NCBI GenBank assembly: GCA_963727525.1
Contig: CAVSGO010000007.1
Span: 1,984,001 to 2,048,000 of the forward strand
Length of the DNA stretch: 64,000 nucleotides
Direction: 5' to 3'
Source: an uncultured bacterium
Lineage (GTDB): Bacteria; Krumholzibacteriota; Krumholzibacteriia; LZORAL124-64-63
The notes under the pieces are model-generated. The model was not told the origin of the DNA. It worked only from the letters and a program-made list of their open reading frames with translations, and did no database searches. The translations under genes were made by a program, and so were the position numbers. Shown one piece after another: positions 1 through 9,152 of the stretch (position 1 is its first letter; each line of letters opens with the position of its first letter).

Positions 1-375
1 GCTCGCGGGCAGCGGGTTCTCATCGAGCAGGTCGATCACGTCGGCGTCATCGCCCAGCTCGCTGCGCAGCTCGGCCAGAGCCTGGTCCTTGGTGATGAAG
101 TGGGCCGACTGCACGCCCGGGATCGATACCAGGTTCGGCTGCAGGGCTGCCAGGCGCGCGTCGTCGAGGCTGTCCACCAGGAACACGCGCAGGTCGATGC
201 CCCCGCGCGCGCGCTCGAGCAGGCCGCCCAGGTTCAGCGTCACCAGCACGAAGAGGGCGAGCACGAGCAGGGACGAGCCCATGATCAGGATCGTGACACC
301 GGTGGTTAATTTGCGCCGGTGGAAGCCGGCCACCGACTCCCGGGCGAGGTACTGCAGTTGCGCGGCTCTAAGCAT
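1..375 (-). CDS. ftsX: Cell division permease FtsX (5' part; runs off window)
   Basis: Manual translation from ATG at 375: MLRAAQLQYLARESVAGFHRRKLTTGVTILIMGSSLLVLALFVLVTLNL...FITKDQALAEL...LLDENPLPAS, with TM1 and the FtsX 'NPLPAS' motif; overlaps ftsE stop. Confidence 0.92.
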   Translation of the reverse strand, partial: MLRAAQLQYLARESVAGFHRRKLTTGVTILIMGSSLLVLALFVLVTLNLGGLLERARGGIDLRVFLVDSLDDARLAALQPNLVSIPGVQSAHFITKDQALAELRSELGDDADVIDLLDENPLPAS

Positions 376-1189
376 GGTCGCGGATCTCCTGCGGCGCACC
401 CGTGGCGTCCGTTTCGGGCCGGTACATGCGCTGGTCCAGGCGCCGGGCCTCATTGCGGTCGGGCACGCGGCGCTCGATGTCCGACACCACCTTGCCGTCC
501 TGTACCACCATCACGCGCTGGCCGAAGGTCTTGACGATGGCGTGGTCGTGGGTGCTGAAGAGCACGCACGTACCGCCCTCGTTGATGCGGAAGAGCAGGT
601 CGATGATCTCCTGCGCCACCACGGGATCGAGATTGCCGGTGGGCTCGTCGGCCAGCAGGATCTTGGGGCTGTTCACCATGGCCCGCGCGATCGCCACGCG
701 CTGCTGCTCGCCGCCGCTGAGCTGGCGCGGCAGACGCCGCCGTTTATCCCACAGGCCAACCTGCGTGAGCACCCGCATCACGTTCTTCTTGATGTCGCGG
801 CCGGGCACGCCCACGCATAGCTGGGCGAAGGCCACATTGTCGTACACGTCGCGATCTTCCAGGAGCCGGAAATCCTGGAACACGTACCCGATCTCGCGCC
901 GCAGCAACGGGATGCGCTTGCGCTGCATCTTGGTGGAGACCATGCCGCGCACGATGACCTGACCCTGGGTGGGGAACAGGTCCATGGTGATCAGCCGCAG
1001 GATGCTGCTCTTGCCGGCCCCGCTGGGCCCGGTGAGGCACACGAACTCGCCGTTGCTGATCGAGATATTGACGTCGTCCAGCGCCGTCTGATCGCGATAG
1101 CGCAGGGACACGTGGTAGAATCCGATGACCGTGCGGGGATCGAGCGGACCCTTATAGATCTTGCTGTCGACCTTCACTGGCGCCTCCAT
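368..1189 (-). CDS. ftsE: Cell division ATP-binding protein FtsE
   Basis: Walker A GPSGAGKS, VFQDFRLL, LSGGEQQRVAIARA, LLADEPTGNLD; directly upstream of ftsX. Confidence 0.95.
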   Translation of the reverse strand: MEAPVKVDSKIYKGPLDPRTVIGFYHVSLRYRDQTALDDVNISISNGEFVCLTGPSGAGKSSILRLITMDLFPTQGQVIVRGMVSTKMQRKRIPLLRREIGYVFQDFRLLEDRDVYDNVAFAQLCVGVPGRDIKKNVMRVLTQVGLWDKRRRLPRQLSGGEQQRVAIARAMVNSPKILLADEPTGNLDPVVAQEIIDLLFRINEGGTCVLFSTHDHAIVKTFGQRVMVVQDGKVVSDIERRVPDRNEARRLDQRMYRPETDATGAPQEIRDHA

Positions 1190-1289
1190 GGCGGCATCGG
1201 GCGAGCGTCCTTGCCGCCACGACCTGCATTATGAGCACATTCCATGCCTCGGCGCCAGTCCCGGCACGCGGCGTGCATCTCCCGCGGCC

Positions 1290-2843
1290 ATGAACGCCAA
1301 ACTCTCCCTCTGCCTCATCGTTCGCGACGAGGCGGCAATGCTGCCCGATTTTCTGGCGGCCGTCGCCGGCCTCTGGGACGAACTCTGCGTGGCCGACACC
1401 GGCTCCACCGACGACTCGGTGCCCCTGCTCGAGGCCGCCGGCGCCCGCGTGGAGTCCTTCCCCTGGTGCGACGACTTCGCCGCTGCCCGCAACGCCAGCC
1501 TGGCCATGGCCACGGGCGACTGGGTGCTCTTCCTCGACGCCGACGAGCGACCGACGCCCGAGCTGCGGTCCGACATCCGCGCCCTGCTCGGCGACCCCGG
1601 CGCCGGCGCTGCCACGGTGGTCATGTGCAACGCACTGCCCCACGGCCACGTGCGCGAGTCGCGCCTGCTGCGGCTGTTCCGGCGTGACCCGGCGATCCGC
1701 TTCACGCACCGCATCCACGAGGAGGTGTCGACCGCGGTGGGCGCCATGCTCACACACACCGGCCGCCGGCTCGTGCACCTCGACGGACGCGTGCAACACC
1801 TGGGCTACGTGCGCCAGGTCGCCACCTCGCGGTCGAAGAAGGAACGAGACAGCACCCTGCTGCAAGCTTGCGTCCAGGAGGACCCGCGCGACTGGTATAG
1901 CTGGTACAAGCTGCTCGAACTCGCCCGCTTCTGGCAGGACGATGCGATGGCCTTCGAGACCGCCGCCGCCGTGGCCCCGCGCCTGCCCGTCGCCGACCTC
2001 CACGGCCAGCCCTGGGGCGGCGAGTTCCTCACGCTGGTGGCGCAGGGTCTCGGCGGTGACGCAGCCGCGCAACTGAAGCGCCTCGACGCCTGGTGCAAGC
2101 TGGCCGACCCCTCCCCCTCCTGGCACCTGCGGCGCGGCATGCTGTGGGAGGCCCGCGGCGACCTGGCCCGCGCCAGCCGCGAGTTCGCCTCGTGCCTCGG
2201 CCTGCCGCCGGCCGCCGACCCCTCGCTCACCACCGTGCGCCCCCACCTCGGACTGTGCCGCGTGGTCGCCGCCTCGGGCAACATCGCGGCCGCCATCCAG
2301 CACATCGACCAGGCGCTGAGCTTCAATCCTCGCGATCCGGAGGCCCTGCACGCCGGTGTGGCGTTCGCCTGGCTGTCCGGCAAGGAGACCGCGCTCGCGA
2401 AGTTTCTCAAGAAACACCCCGCGAGCGATGAGCTCTCCCTCGCCACCGGCGAGCAGTTCCTGCGTGCCGGCCTATGGGACGAGGCCTGCCGCTATCTCGC
2501 CCGCGCCGCGGGCTCGCCCCCGCAGGGACATCCCGCGCTCCTTCTCGCCAGGGCCGAGCTCGGCCGTGGCGACGCCGCCCGCGCCCTTGCCATCTGCCAG
2601 CGGATCGCCCACGACACGCCCGCCGCCACCCTCGGCGCAGTGACCTGCGCCCTCGCCCTCGGCGCCACCATCGAGCTGACGGTGAACCTCGAAGCCGCCG
2701 CCGCCGAGAAAGCCTTTCGCGAGTGGATCGACGTGCTCATCCGCGGGCGCAGCGAGTCGCTCATGCACGCGTTCGGCATCCACTGCGTTGCCGTGCTCGA
2801 CGTGTTCCCGTGGCTGGAGGAGTTCGCGGTGGTCACGACCTAG
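1290..2843 (+). CDS. GT2 glycosyltransferase with C-terminal TPR-like repeats
   Basis: LSLCLIVRDE, DTGSTD, WCDDFAAARN, FLDADE, RIHE, HLGY motifs followed by helical repeats; start placed at MNAKLS. Confidence 0.88.
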   Translation: MNAKLSLCLIVRDEAAMLPDFLAAVAGLWDELCVADTGSTDDSVPLLEAAGARVESFPWCDDFAAARNASLAMATGDWVLFLDADERPTPELRSDIRALLGDPGAGAATVVMCNALPHGHVRESRLLRLFRRDPAIRFTHRIHEEVSTAVGAMLTHTGRRLVHLDGRVQHLGYVRQVATSRSKKERDSTLLQACVQEDPRDWYSWYKLLELARFWQDDAMAFETAAAVAPRLPVADLHGQPWGGEFLTLVAQGLGGDAAAQLKRLDAWCKLADPSPSWHLRRGMLWEARGDLARASREFASCLGLPPAADPSLTTVRPHLGLCRVVAASGNIAAAIQHIDQALSFNPRDPEALHAGVAFAWLSGKETALAKFLKKHPASDELSLATGEQFLRAGLWDEACRYLARAAGSPPQGHPALLLARAELGRGDAARALAICQRIAHDTPAATLGAVTCALALGATIELTVNLEAAAAEKAFREWIDVLIRGRSESLMHAFGIHCVAVLDVFPWLEEFAVVTT

Positions 2844-2876
2844 CCCGTGGTGTCGGCACCACGCGGACCTGCCCAC

Positions 2877-2901
2877 GGAACCTGGCGCGATCGCCGCTGT
2901 T
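2877..2901 (+). promoter_or_regulatory. Possible ECF-sigma promoter GGAAC-N17-GTT
   Basis: GGAACC at 2877-2882 and GTT at 2899-2901, about 60 nt upstream of the Reg_prop gene. Confidence 0.3.
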
Positions 2902-2958
2902 AGGCAGCGCGCTCACGGCGAACGCCCAACCGATCCCCGGATTCAGAAGGTCGAGCCC

Positions 2959-4050
2959 ATGCCGCACGCCTCCTCGCGCCGTTCGAGACGCTTCCTGGCG
3001 TTCGCGCTCATCCTCGCTTCTACCAGCGCGGCTCGAGCCGATCACGGCTTTTCCACGCCCGTGCCGCGGCCCGCCTGTCCGGATACCACGACCCAGGTCG
3101 GCGGCTACCTGCGCGAGATCTTCCAGGACACGCACGGCGACCTCTGGTTCGGCACCCTCCAGATGGGCGTGGCCCGTTTCGACGGCAAGGCACTCGCCTA
3201 CTTCACGAAGCGGGACAGCCTGGCCGGCAATCAGATCAACGGCATTGCGCAGGACGCCGAAGGCGACCTCTGGTTCGCCACCACGGAGGGCGTCTCCCGT
3301 TACGACGGCCGGACCTTCACCACATTCACCACGAGCGACGGCCTCGCGTCCAATAGCGCGTGGAGCATCCTGGCCGACAGCGCAGGACATGTGTGGGTGG
3401 GCACGATGGGCGGCGTCAGCCGCTTTGACGGCACGTCGTTCACGAGCTTTTCGCTTCCCGAACCCGACGGTGAAACACGCTACACCCGGTTCTCCACCGA
3501 CCTGGTCTGGTGCATGATCGAGGACCACCACGGTGACATCTGGTTCGCAACGGACGGCCTCGGCGCCTATCGCTGGGACGGCGAAGCGTTCGCGCACTAC
3601 ACGCGGAACGACGGCCTCGCCAGCGATGACGTGACGGCTCTCATCGAGGACACCCACGGGAACATCTGGTTCGGTTGCTGGGAAACCCGCGCACCGGAGC
3701 GCCCAGGATCTTACAAGTTCGTCGACACGCGCGACGGTGGTCTCAGCCGTTTCGATGGAAGTACGATCACGACCTTCGCGGACACCGACGGCATCGCCGG
3801 CGAGAACATCGGCCCCCTCTACCAGGATCGTGCCGGCGCCATCTGGATCGCGTCCATGCACGCCGGCCTATTTCGCTACGACGGCCAGACGTTCACGAAC
3901 GTGACGGAACAGCAGGGGTATACAAACAACTGCATCCAGAGCATCCTCGAAGCAAGGGATGGCACGATGTGGGTCGGCTTCTCGGGCGGGCTGTTCCGCC
4001 TCGACGGCCCGGCGTTGGTGAATGTGACGCGCGAAGCGCTGACCGAATGA
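2959..4050 (+). CDS. Secreted beta-propeller protein (two-component regulator propeller / Reg_prop repeats), stand-alone
   Basis: Signal peptide, then repeated 'I.ED..G.(L/I)W(F/V)(A/G)T..G(V/L).R(F/Y)DG..F..(F/Y)T..DGL' units; no kinase domain. Confidence 0.88.
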   Translation: MPHASSRRSRRFLAFALILASTSAARADHGFSTPVPRPACPDTTTQVGGYLREIFQDTHGDLWFGTLQMGVARFDGKALAYFTKRDSLAGNQINGIAQDAEGDLWFATTEGVSRYDGRTFTTFTTSDGLASNSAWSILADSAGHVWVGTMGGVSRFDGTSFTSFSLPEPDGETRYTRFSTDLVWCMIEDHHGDIWFATDGLGAYRWDGEAFAHYTRNDGLASDDVTALIEDTHGNIWFGCWETRAPERPGSYKFVDTRDGGLSRFDGSTITTFADTDGIAGENIGPLYQDRAGAIWIASMHAGLFRYDGQTFTNVTEQQGYTNNCIQSILEARDGTMWVGFSGGLFRLDGPALVNVTREALTE

Positions 4051-4363
4051 CTTGCCAACGCGTCCCGCCACCGCGGAATCCCGGCCACCGATCGCTGCCC
4101 ATGATGGCGACGGCACCAGCTCGCCAGGACGCTGCAAAGACATGTTTTGGACGGTTTCTCACCCACACGGTATCTCTCACGAACTTCGCCATCTCGCCAC
4201 ACATTCGAGACGCGATTAGGATATGAATTCGATGGTCCTACTTCCGGCACGCTCACGAGGTCGCGCCACACGGCCGGCCGGCCGTTGCTCTGGCGTCTGG
4301 TCCGGGAGCTTCCCGAGGACCTGTTCTTGCGCGGCCGCACGGCCGAGGAAGGATGACTGCATC

Positions 4364-6673
4364 GTGATACCCGCCCCCTGCCACCGCGCGCTCCGCCTCG
4401 GGGCCTGCCTGGTCCTGCTCCTCGTGGTTGCGTCACTGGGCGCGTGTGGCGACCACGGCGGACGGGTGTCCCGCCACACGCAGAGCACCGGCGGGCTAGC
4501 CGAACACGGCTCGCTGGCCGGCGCCAACGTCCTGCTCATCACCCTCGACACGACGCGACGGGATCACCTCGCCTGTTACGGGTACGAGTCGATCGCCACG
4601 CCGACGCTCGACCGCCTGGCGCGCGACGGCGTGCTGTTCTCCCGTGCGACCGCCGTCGCACCGATCACCTTGCCGGCACACACGTCGATCCTCACCGGAC
4701 TCTACCCGCGTCACCATGGCGTACGCAGCAATGGTTTCTACACCCTCGACGGGAAGCATGTGACCCTGGCTGAGACCCTGCACGACGCCGGCTACGCGAC
4801 CGGCGCCATCCTGGCAGCCTTCCCGCTGAGCGCACAGTTCGGCCTCGACCAGGGCTTCGACTTCTATGACGACGCCTTCGAGGGCGGCGACGAGGATCCC
4901 CTGCTCTTCGCTGAGCGGCGGGCCACCCAGGTGACCGATCACGCGCTGGCCTGGCTCGGCGACCGGACCGACCAGCCCTTCTTCCTCTGGGTCCACTATT
5001 TCGATCCACACTCGCCGTATCGAGCGCCCGATCCTTACCGGCTTCAGCACCGCGACGAGCCGTACGATGCCGAGATCGCCTACATGGACGCCGAACTCGG
5101 TCGCCTGCTCGACGGCCTGGCCCGACTCGGCCACGACGACGACACGATCATCGTGGCCGTCGGCGACCATGGCGAGGCACTCGGCGAGCACGGCGAGCCG
5201 ACCCATGCCTTCCTGCTCTACGAGGGCACGATGCACGTACCGCTGATCATGCGCTGCGGCCAGCGCCTGGGCGGCGGGATCGAACGCACCGACCGCGTCT
5301 CCCAGGTCGACGTGGTGCCCACACTCCTCGGGCTGCTGGGCCTGGATCCGCCGGCCGACCTCGACGGAGTCGACCTGCAGGAGGTCGGACCGCAGCCGCG
5401 GCCCATCTTCGGCGAGACCTACCAGGGCAAGATGGAGCACGGATGGGCGGCGCTTTACTCCGTGTACGAGAACGATCTCAAGTACATCGACGGCCCCACG
5501 CCGGAGTTGCACGACCTGGCCGACGACTCGCACGAGGACAAGGATCTCGTCGCCGATCGTCCCGAGGTCGCCTCCCGGCTGCGCGCTCTGCTTTCCGAGC
5601 ACTTCGGCGAGGAACTTGGGGCCAGCGGCGCGCCGTTGCCGTCGCGCGAGCTCAGCGACGAGGAGATCACCCGACTGCGTTCCCTCGGCTATGCGTTCAC
5701 GAATCCGAAAGGTCAACCGCTGCAAGGTCGCGGCGCCGATCCCCGCCGCATGGTCAAGGTGTTGCAGGAGGTCGACCACGTCGTCTTCTCGAAGCCGCCC
5801 GGCCAGCGCGGGCCGGAGGTCGTCGCCGAGCTCGAGTCCATCCTCCAGAAGTATCCGGACTTCGAGCCAGGCTATCGGTACCTGGGCATCGTACGGCGCG
5901 AGAACAGAGACCTCGCGGGCGCGGCCGAGGCGTTCTCGCGTGCGGTCAAGCTGAACCCCGAGTCGCCGGAGCTACGCCTCATGCTGGCCGACACGCGAGC
6001 GCGGCTGGGAAAGACCGCTCAGGCGATCGGCGACCTGCGCGGCATGCTCGCCGAGTTCCCACGCGACGCGAAGGGCCACCAGATCCTCGGCCGGTTGCTC
6101 CTGTCGAGTGGACGGCCGGATTCGGCCATGACGCACCTGTGGGTCGCCGCTGAGCTGGACCCCGAACTCGACGGCGTGGCGGAGGACCTCGAGCGCGCCG
6201 CCGCTGCAGCCGGCCGTTCCACCGAGTTGTTGCCATTCCTGAATACCCAGCTCGCCACGCATGCGCGATCGATCCCTATGCGCAAAGCCAAGGCCACCCT
6301 GCTCTATCGTCTGGGCCGCCAGGACGAGGGCGATGCGGTGCTGCGCGAGGGCTACCGGCTCTCGCCGGACGATCCGCAGGCCGTCAACGATCTGGCGAGA
6401 TTCCTGATCGCCCGGCCCGACAACGAGGGACGCCGCGTCGCAAGGGCGGCCGAACTGATGGCCACCCTGCCCGAGGACGTGGTGCGATCGGACGCCGAGC
6501 TGATACTGACCCGGAGCCAGATCCTCGGCGCGCAGGGGCGCCTCGACGAGGCCCAGACCATGGCCCGCGACGCCCTCGAGCTCGCGACCCGCAACCACCG
6601 CAACGCGGTCGCTCGCCGGGTCCAGCAGTACCTCGAGCAGATCGACGAGGCACGGCCACGGAGCGGAGGATAG
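4364..6673 (+). CDS. Sulfatase-like hydrolase (alkaline phosphatase superfamily) lipoprotein with C-terminal TPRs
   Basis: Lipobox SLGAC; LITLDTTRRDHL, ITLPAHTSILTG, HYFDPH, GDHGE motifs; TPR region; GTG start chosen after GAGGAAGG. Confidence 0.85.
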   Translation: MIPAPCHRALRLGACLVLLLVVASLGACGDHGGRVSRHTQSTGGLAEHGSLAGANVLLITLDTTRRDHLACYGYESIATPTLDRLARDGVLFSRATAVAPITLPAHTSILTGLYPRHHGVRSNGFYTLDGKHVTLAETLHDAGYATGAILAAFPLSAQFGLDQGFDFYDDAFEGGDEDPLLFAERRATQVTDHALAWLGDRTDQPFFLWVHYFDPHSPYRAPDPYRLQHRDEPYDAEIAYMDAELGRLLDGLARLGHDDDTIIVAVGDHGEALGEHGEPTHAFLLYEGTMHVPLIMRCGQRLGGGIERTDRVSQVDVVPTLLGLLGLDPPADLDGVDLQEVGPQPRPIFGETYQGKMEHGWAALYSVYENDLKYIDGPTPELHDLADDSHEDKDLVADRPEVASRLRALLSEHFGEELGASGAPLPSRELSDEEITRLRSLGYAFTNPKGQPLQGRGADPRRMVKVLQEVDHVVFSKPPGQRGPEVVAELESILQKYPDFEPGYRYLGIVRRENRDLAGAAEAFSRAVKLNPESPELRLMLADTRARLGKTAQAIGDLRGMLAEFPRDAKGHQILGRLLLSSGRPDSAMTHLWVAAELDPELDGVAEDLERAAAAAGRSTELLPFLNTQLATHARSIPMRKAKATLLYRLGRQDEGDAVLREGYRLSPDDPQAVNDLARFLIARPDNEGRRVARAAELMATLPEDVVRSDAELILTRSQILGAQGRLDEAQTMARDALELATRNHRNAVARRVQQYLEQIDEARPRSGG

Positions 6674-6696
6674 ATCGACGCGGATCCACCAGGCGA

Positions 6697-6948
6697 TCAG
6701 CGCGCCAGCACGATCTGTCGCGGCTGCGGCTCGCCGGCCACCGTGTCCTTCACGGTCCAGGCGAACACGGGCGCGTCCGTCGTGGTCAGGTCGCACGCCA
6801 CGCGACTCCCGAGGCCCGACACCTCGTAGTCGTCGAGAATCTGGCCGTGCTCTGTCCACCCGGACCCGTCGTGTACCCAGTACTCGAGCGTGGATCCGTG
6901 GGGCGTGAGATCCCCGGCAGAACCACGCTGCATCCAGAACGCGTGGGT
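6697..6948 (-). pseudogene. C-terminal fragment of a secreted protein gene interrupted by the IS
   Basis: Open frame THAFWMQRGSAG...RQIVLAR* begins exactly at the IS left IR and has no start or RBS of its own. Confidence 0.6.
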
Positions 6949-7013
6949 TGTGCCAAGAAGAATGTTGTTGGCGCCTTGAGCCCCGGTACTCCCGGCCGCG
7001 CCCGACAGACCCG

Positions 7014-8123
7014 CTACGCGGCGTACGTCAGCTTGTGCCTCCGGTTCACCTTCAATGGCCGCGTCTCGACCCGTCGCCAGTAGTAGTCATCCCACAACGG
7101 CGGCAACTCGATATGCGACACGAACAGCCGCCGCGACAACACCTCCTCCTCGGTCAGGGGCTTCGTGGCGATCCCGATCTGCATCGCCGGCGTGCTCCAG
7201 CACCGCTTCTCCCGACGCAACTTGATCGTGTTGCGCCACACCAGGAAGATCGCCAGCCGGTAGATCGAATGCTGCCGTCGCTTCCCGAACGCGATCGTCT
7301 CCCGCGTGTGGTCTTTCAGACAATGCCGCAGCAACATGTCCAGCAAGTTGACCTCGAACAACGGGTTGCGACTCGTCCGCGGCTGACGGGAGTCGATCGT
7401 CTCGTGGATCACCTTGCAATACCGTAGCTTCGCGATCGCGTAGGGATAGGTCTTGTGCTTGTCGCTCCAGATGTGGGCCTCGGTGGCGCCGTCGAGCGAG
7501 ACCGAGAGCACCTCGAGCAGCGCCCGCATCAACGACCTGGGGTCCGGCCGGCCATAGTTTTGTTCAAAGAGGGACCGTTTCCATTTCTGCTCGTCGGTCA
7601 TCGCCCCGCTGCGTCGTCGCTCGGCCTCGGCGAAGTGGATGATGAAGCTGGAGGGGCGATCGACGGCCGCGACGATCTCGTAGGGGAAATACTGGGAGTG
7701 CTCGAAGGTGACGAGCCCGTCGATGGCGATGTCCACGAAGGGTGACGCCTGGGACACCAGGTGTCGATGGAAGAGGATGCAGTGTCGGCCGAGGCGGGCG
7801 AGGAGGTTGTCGACGGTCGTCGGCGAGGTGTCGAGGAGCCTGGCGATCTGGCGATTGGCGGCACCTGAGACGGCGTGCTTATGGACCTTGGGCAGGAGAT
7901 CGGCGCGTTTGAGCCAGTATGTGGTACGGAAGGTCTGGTCTGAGCAGGTTCTGCCGCAGGCCAGGCAGAGGTAGCGTTGGACGGTGTAGGGTGGGGATTT
8001 TCGGGAGAAGGTGCCGAAGAGCGCGAAGGGCCAGGGTTGCGGCTGAGGCTTGTGGTATTTGCAGTTAGGGTTGGGGCAGTGGGGAGGAAGCGTAGGGCAT
8101 GAAGTGAGGGTTTTGGTGTTCAT
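7014..8123 (-). CDS. Single-ORF IS1-family-like transposase (Zn ribbon, HTH, DD[E/N] domain)
   Basis: CPNPNC...CLAC Zn ribbon; RQIARLLDTSPTTV HTH; IAIDG, IWSDK, EVNLLD...RETIAFGKR and C-terminal TPAM. Confidence 0.82.
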   Translation of the reverse strand: MNTKTLTSCPTLPPHCPNPNCKYHKPQPQPWPFALFGTFSRKSPPYTVQRYLCLACGRTCSDQTFRTTYWLKRADLLPKVHKHAVSGAANRQIARLLDTSPTTVDNLLARLGRHCILFHRHLVSQASPFVDIAIDGLVTFEHSQYFPYEIVAAVDRPSSFIIHFAEAERRRSGAMTDEQKWKRSLFEQNYGRPDPRSLMRALLEVLSVSLDGATEAHIWSDKHKTYPYAIAKLRYCKVIHETIDSRQPRTSRNPLFEVNLLDMLLRHCLKDHTRETIAFGKRRQHSIYRLAIFLVWRNTIKLRREKRCWSTPAMQIGIATKPLTEEEVLSRRLFVSHIELPPLWDDYYWRRVETRPLKVNRRHKLTYAA

Positions 8124-8126
8124 GAG

Positions 8127-8155
8127 GACGGGCCCAGGCAAGCGCTGGACCCGTC
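8127..8155 (-). promoter_or_regulatory. 11-bp hairpin between the IS terminal IR and the transposase ATG
   Basis: On the minus strand GACGGGTCCAG-cgcttgc-CTGGGCCCGTC (one G-U pair), ending 3 nt before the ATG at 8123. Confidence 0.6.
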
Positions 8156-8173
8156 AACATTCTTCGTGGCACA

Positions 8174-8442
8174 TTACATGGGCTGTGACCATCGCCGTTG
8201 TGGAAGGGGACGAGATACTCGCGGTCCCCGCCGGGGGTAGGGGGTGCGGGAAGGAAGACCGTCCAGATCTCATGGTTGGCGTCTTCCCACGCGACGAGCG
8301 TCGTCATCTGGGGAGATTGCGCGATGGCCGGGTGGTCGCAGTCCACGACGCCATCGCTGACGGTCATCACCTCGAGCGACGCCGCCGTGGAGCCGCACAG
8401 CGCACACGCGAACAGCCAGGGAAGGATGCGGAAGGCGATCAT
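8174..8442 (-). pseudogene. N-terminal fragment (signal peptide plus about 89 codons in total) of the IS-interrupted secreted protein
   Basis: AAGGAGG RBS 5 nt before ATG; MIAFRILPWLFACALCGSTAAS signal peptide; frame runs into the IS right IR; extended -10 TGGTATGAT near 8489-8497. Confidence 0.7.
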
Positions 8443-8570
8443 GGCAGCCTCCTTGAGGGAGCATCAGGGAGGGTGAAAGTCTCCGTTCATCATACCACAT
8501 CATCACCCGGCGAATATCGGATTCGCCCCCATCGAGTCCGACCGTTTCGCTGGACCATGGCCGCGAATCG

Positions 8571-8951
8571 TCACCGGTGCATGCCGAGAACCATGCCGCC
8601 AAGATACGGAATCAGCCAGACGCACCACACGACCTGACTGTAGCGGTGAAATTCGTGGCGGGTCCGTGGGCTGCCATGCAGAGCTACGCGCGTCGCCCAG
8701 ATCGCATGAACGAACATGAGCCACAACGCGATCTGTCCGGTCAGCGTGTGCGGGTCGCGAAGGTTGAACGGGCCCCTCGCCAGATGATGCATCGCGACGG
8801 TACCGCTCACGTCGAAGGACAGTCCGACCCAGAACGCGATCACGTGGCGTCGCGTGAGGTCGTGGGCGAGTCGCTCGCCCCAGACCCCCCACGTGTAGAA
8901 GACCAGCGCGAGCGAGATCAGGGTGAACGAGGCGATCACCGCTGGTGGCAT
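8571..8951 (-). CDS. HsmA / TIGR03987-like small membrane protein (4 TM, His-containing)
   Basis: ISLALVFYTWGVWGE...FWVGLSFDVSGT..M...HTLTG..A..LM..HA.WA...F.RYS..VW..WLIPY..GM pattern; GGAGG 6 nt before ATG 8951. Confidence 0.75.
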   Translation of the reverse strand: MPPAVIASFTLISLALVFYTWGVWGERLAHDLTRRHVIAFWVGLSFDVSGTVAMHHLARGPFNLRDPHTLTGQIALWLMFVHAIWATRVALHGSPRTRHEFHRYSQVVWCVWLIPYLGGMVLGMHR

Positions 8952-9107
8952 CGGCATCCTCCGTGAGGCGTCACCGGTCGACAGCCCGGACGTCAGGGAC
9001 GGGAACAGGGATCGTACCACCGTTCCATCGTTCTGGCCGACCTCGGTTTGCCGGCGTGAGGCGAGACGGACACCTTCATCGTCGACGGCCACGCTGGCGC
9101 CACAACC

Positions 9108-9136
9108 ATAATAGACTGCGATGTAGTAACTTACAA
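9108..9136 (-). promoter_or_regulatory. Putative sigma70 promoter TTGTAA-N17-TATTAT
   Basis: AT-rich island with a 17-nt spacer, about 155 nt upstream of the HsmA-like gene. Confidence 0.5.
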
Positions 9137-9152
9137 AGCGACTACCCGAACA

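Larger units (their letters stand above)
6949..8173 (-). mobile_element. Insertion sequence, IS1/IS1595-like, 1225 bp
   Basis: Terminal IRs TGTGCCAAGAAGAATGTTG (6949-6967) and reverse complement TGTGCCACGAAGAATGTTG (8155-8173), 18/19 identical, enclosing one transposase ORF. Confidence 0.85.

Noticed and set aside
4050-4363. Possible ncRNA in the 310-nt intergenic region (imperfect TAGGA...TCCTA inverted repeat)
   Set aside because: Short, imperfect stem with no recognisable family features; more likely promoter sequence
9040-9060. GGCAAACC on the minus strand in the HsmA-like leader, resembling a c-di-GMP-I riboswitch
   Set aside because: The GAAA tetraloop and GGGACGCAAAG elements are absent
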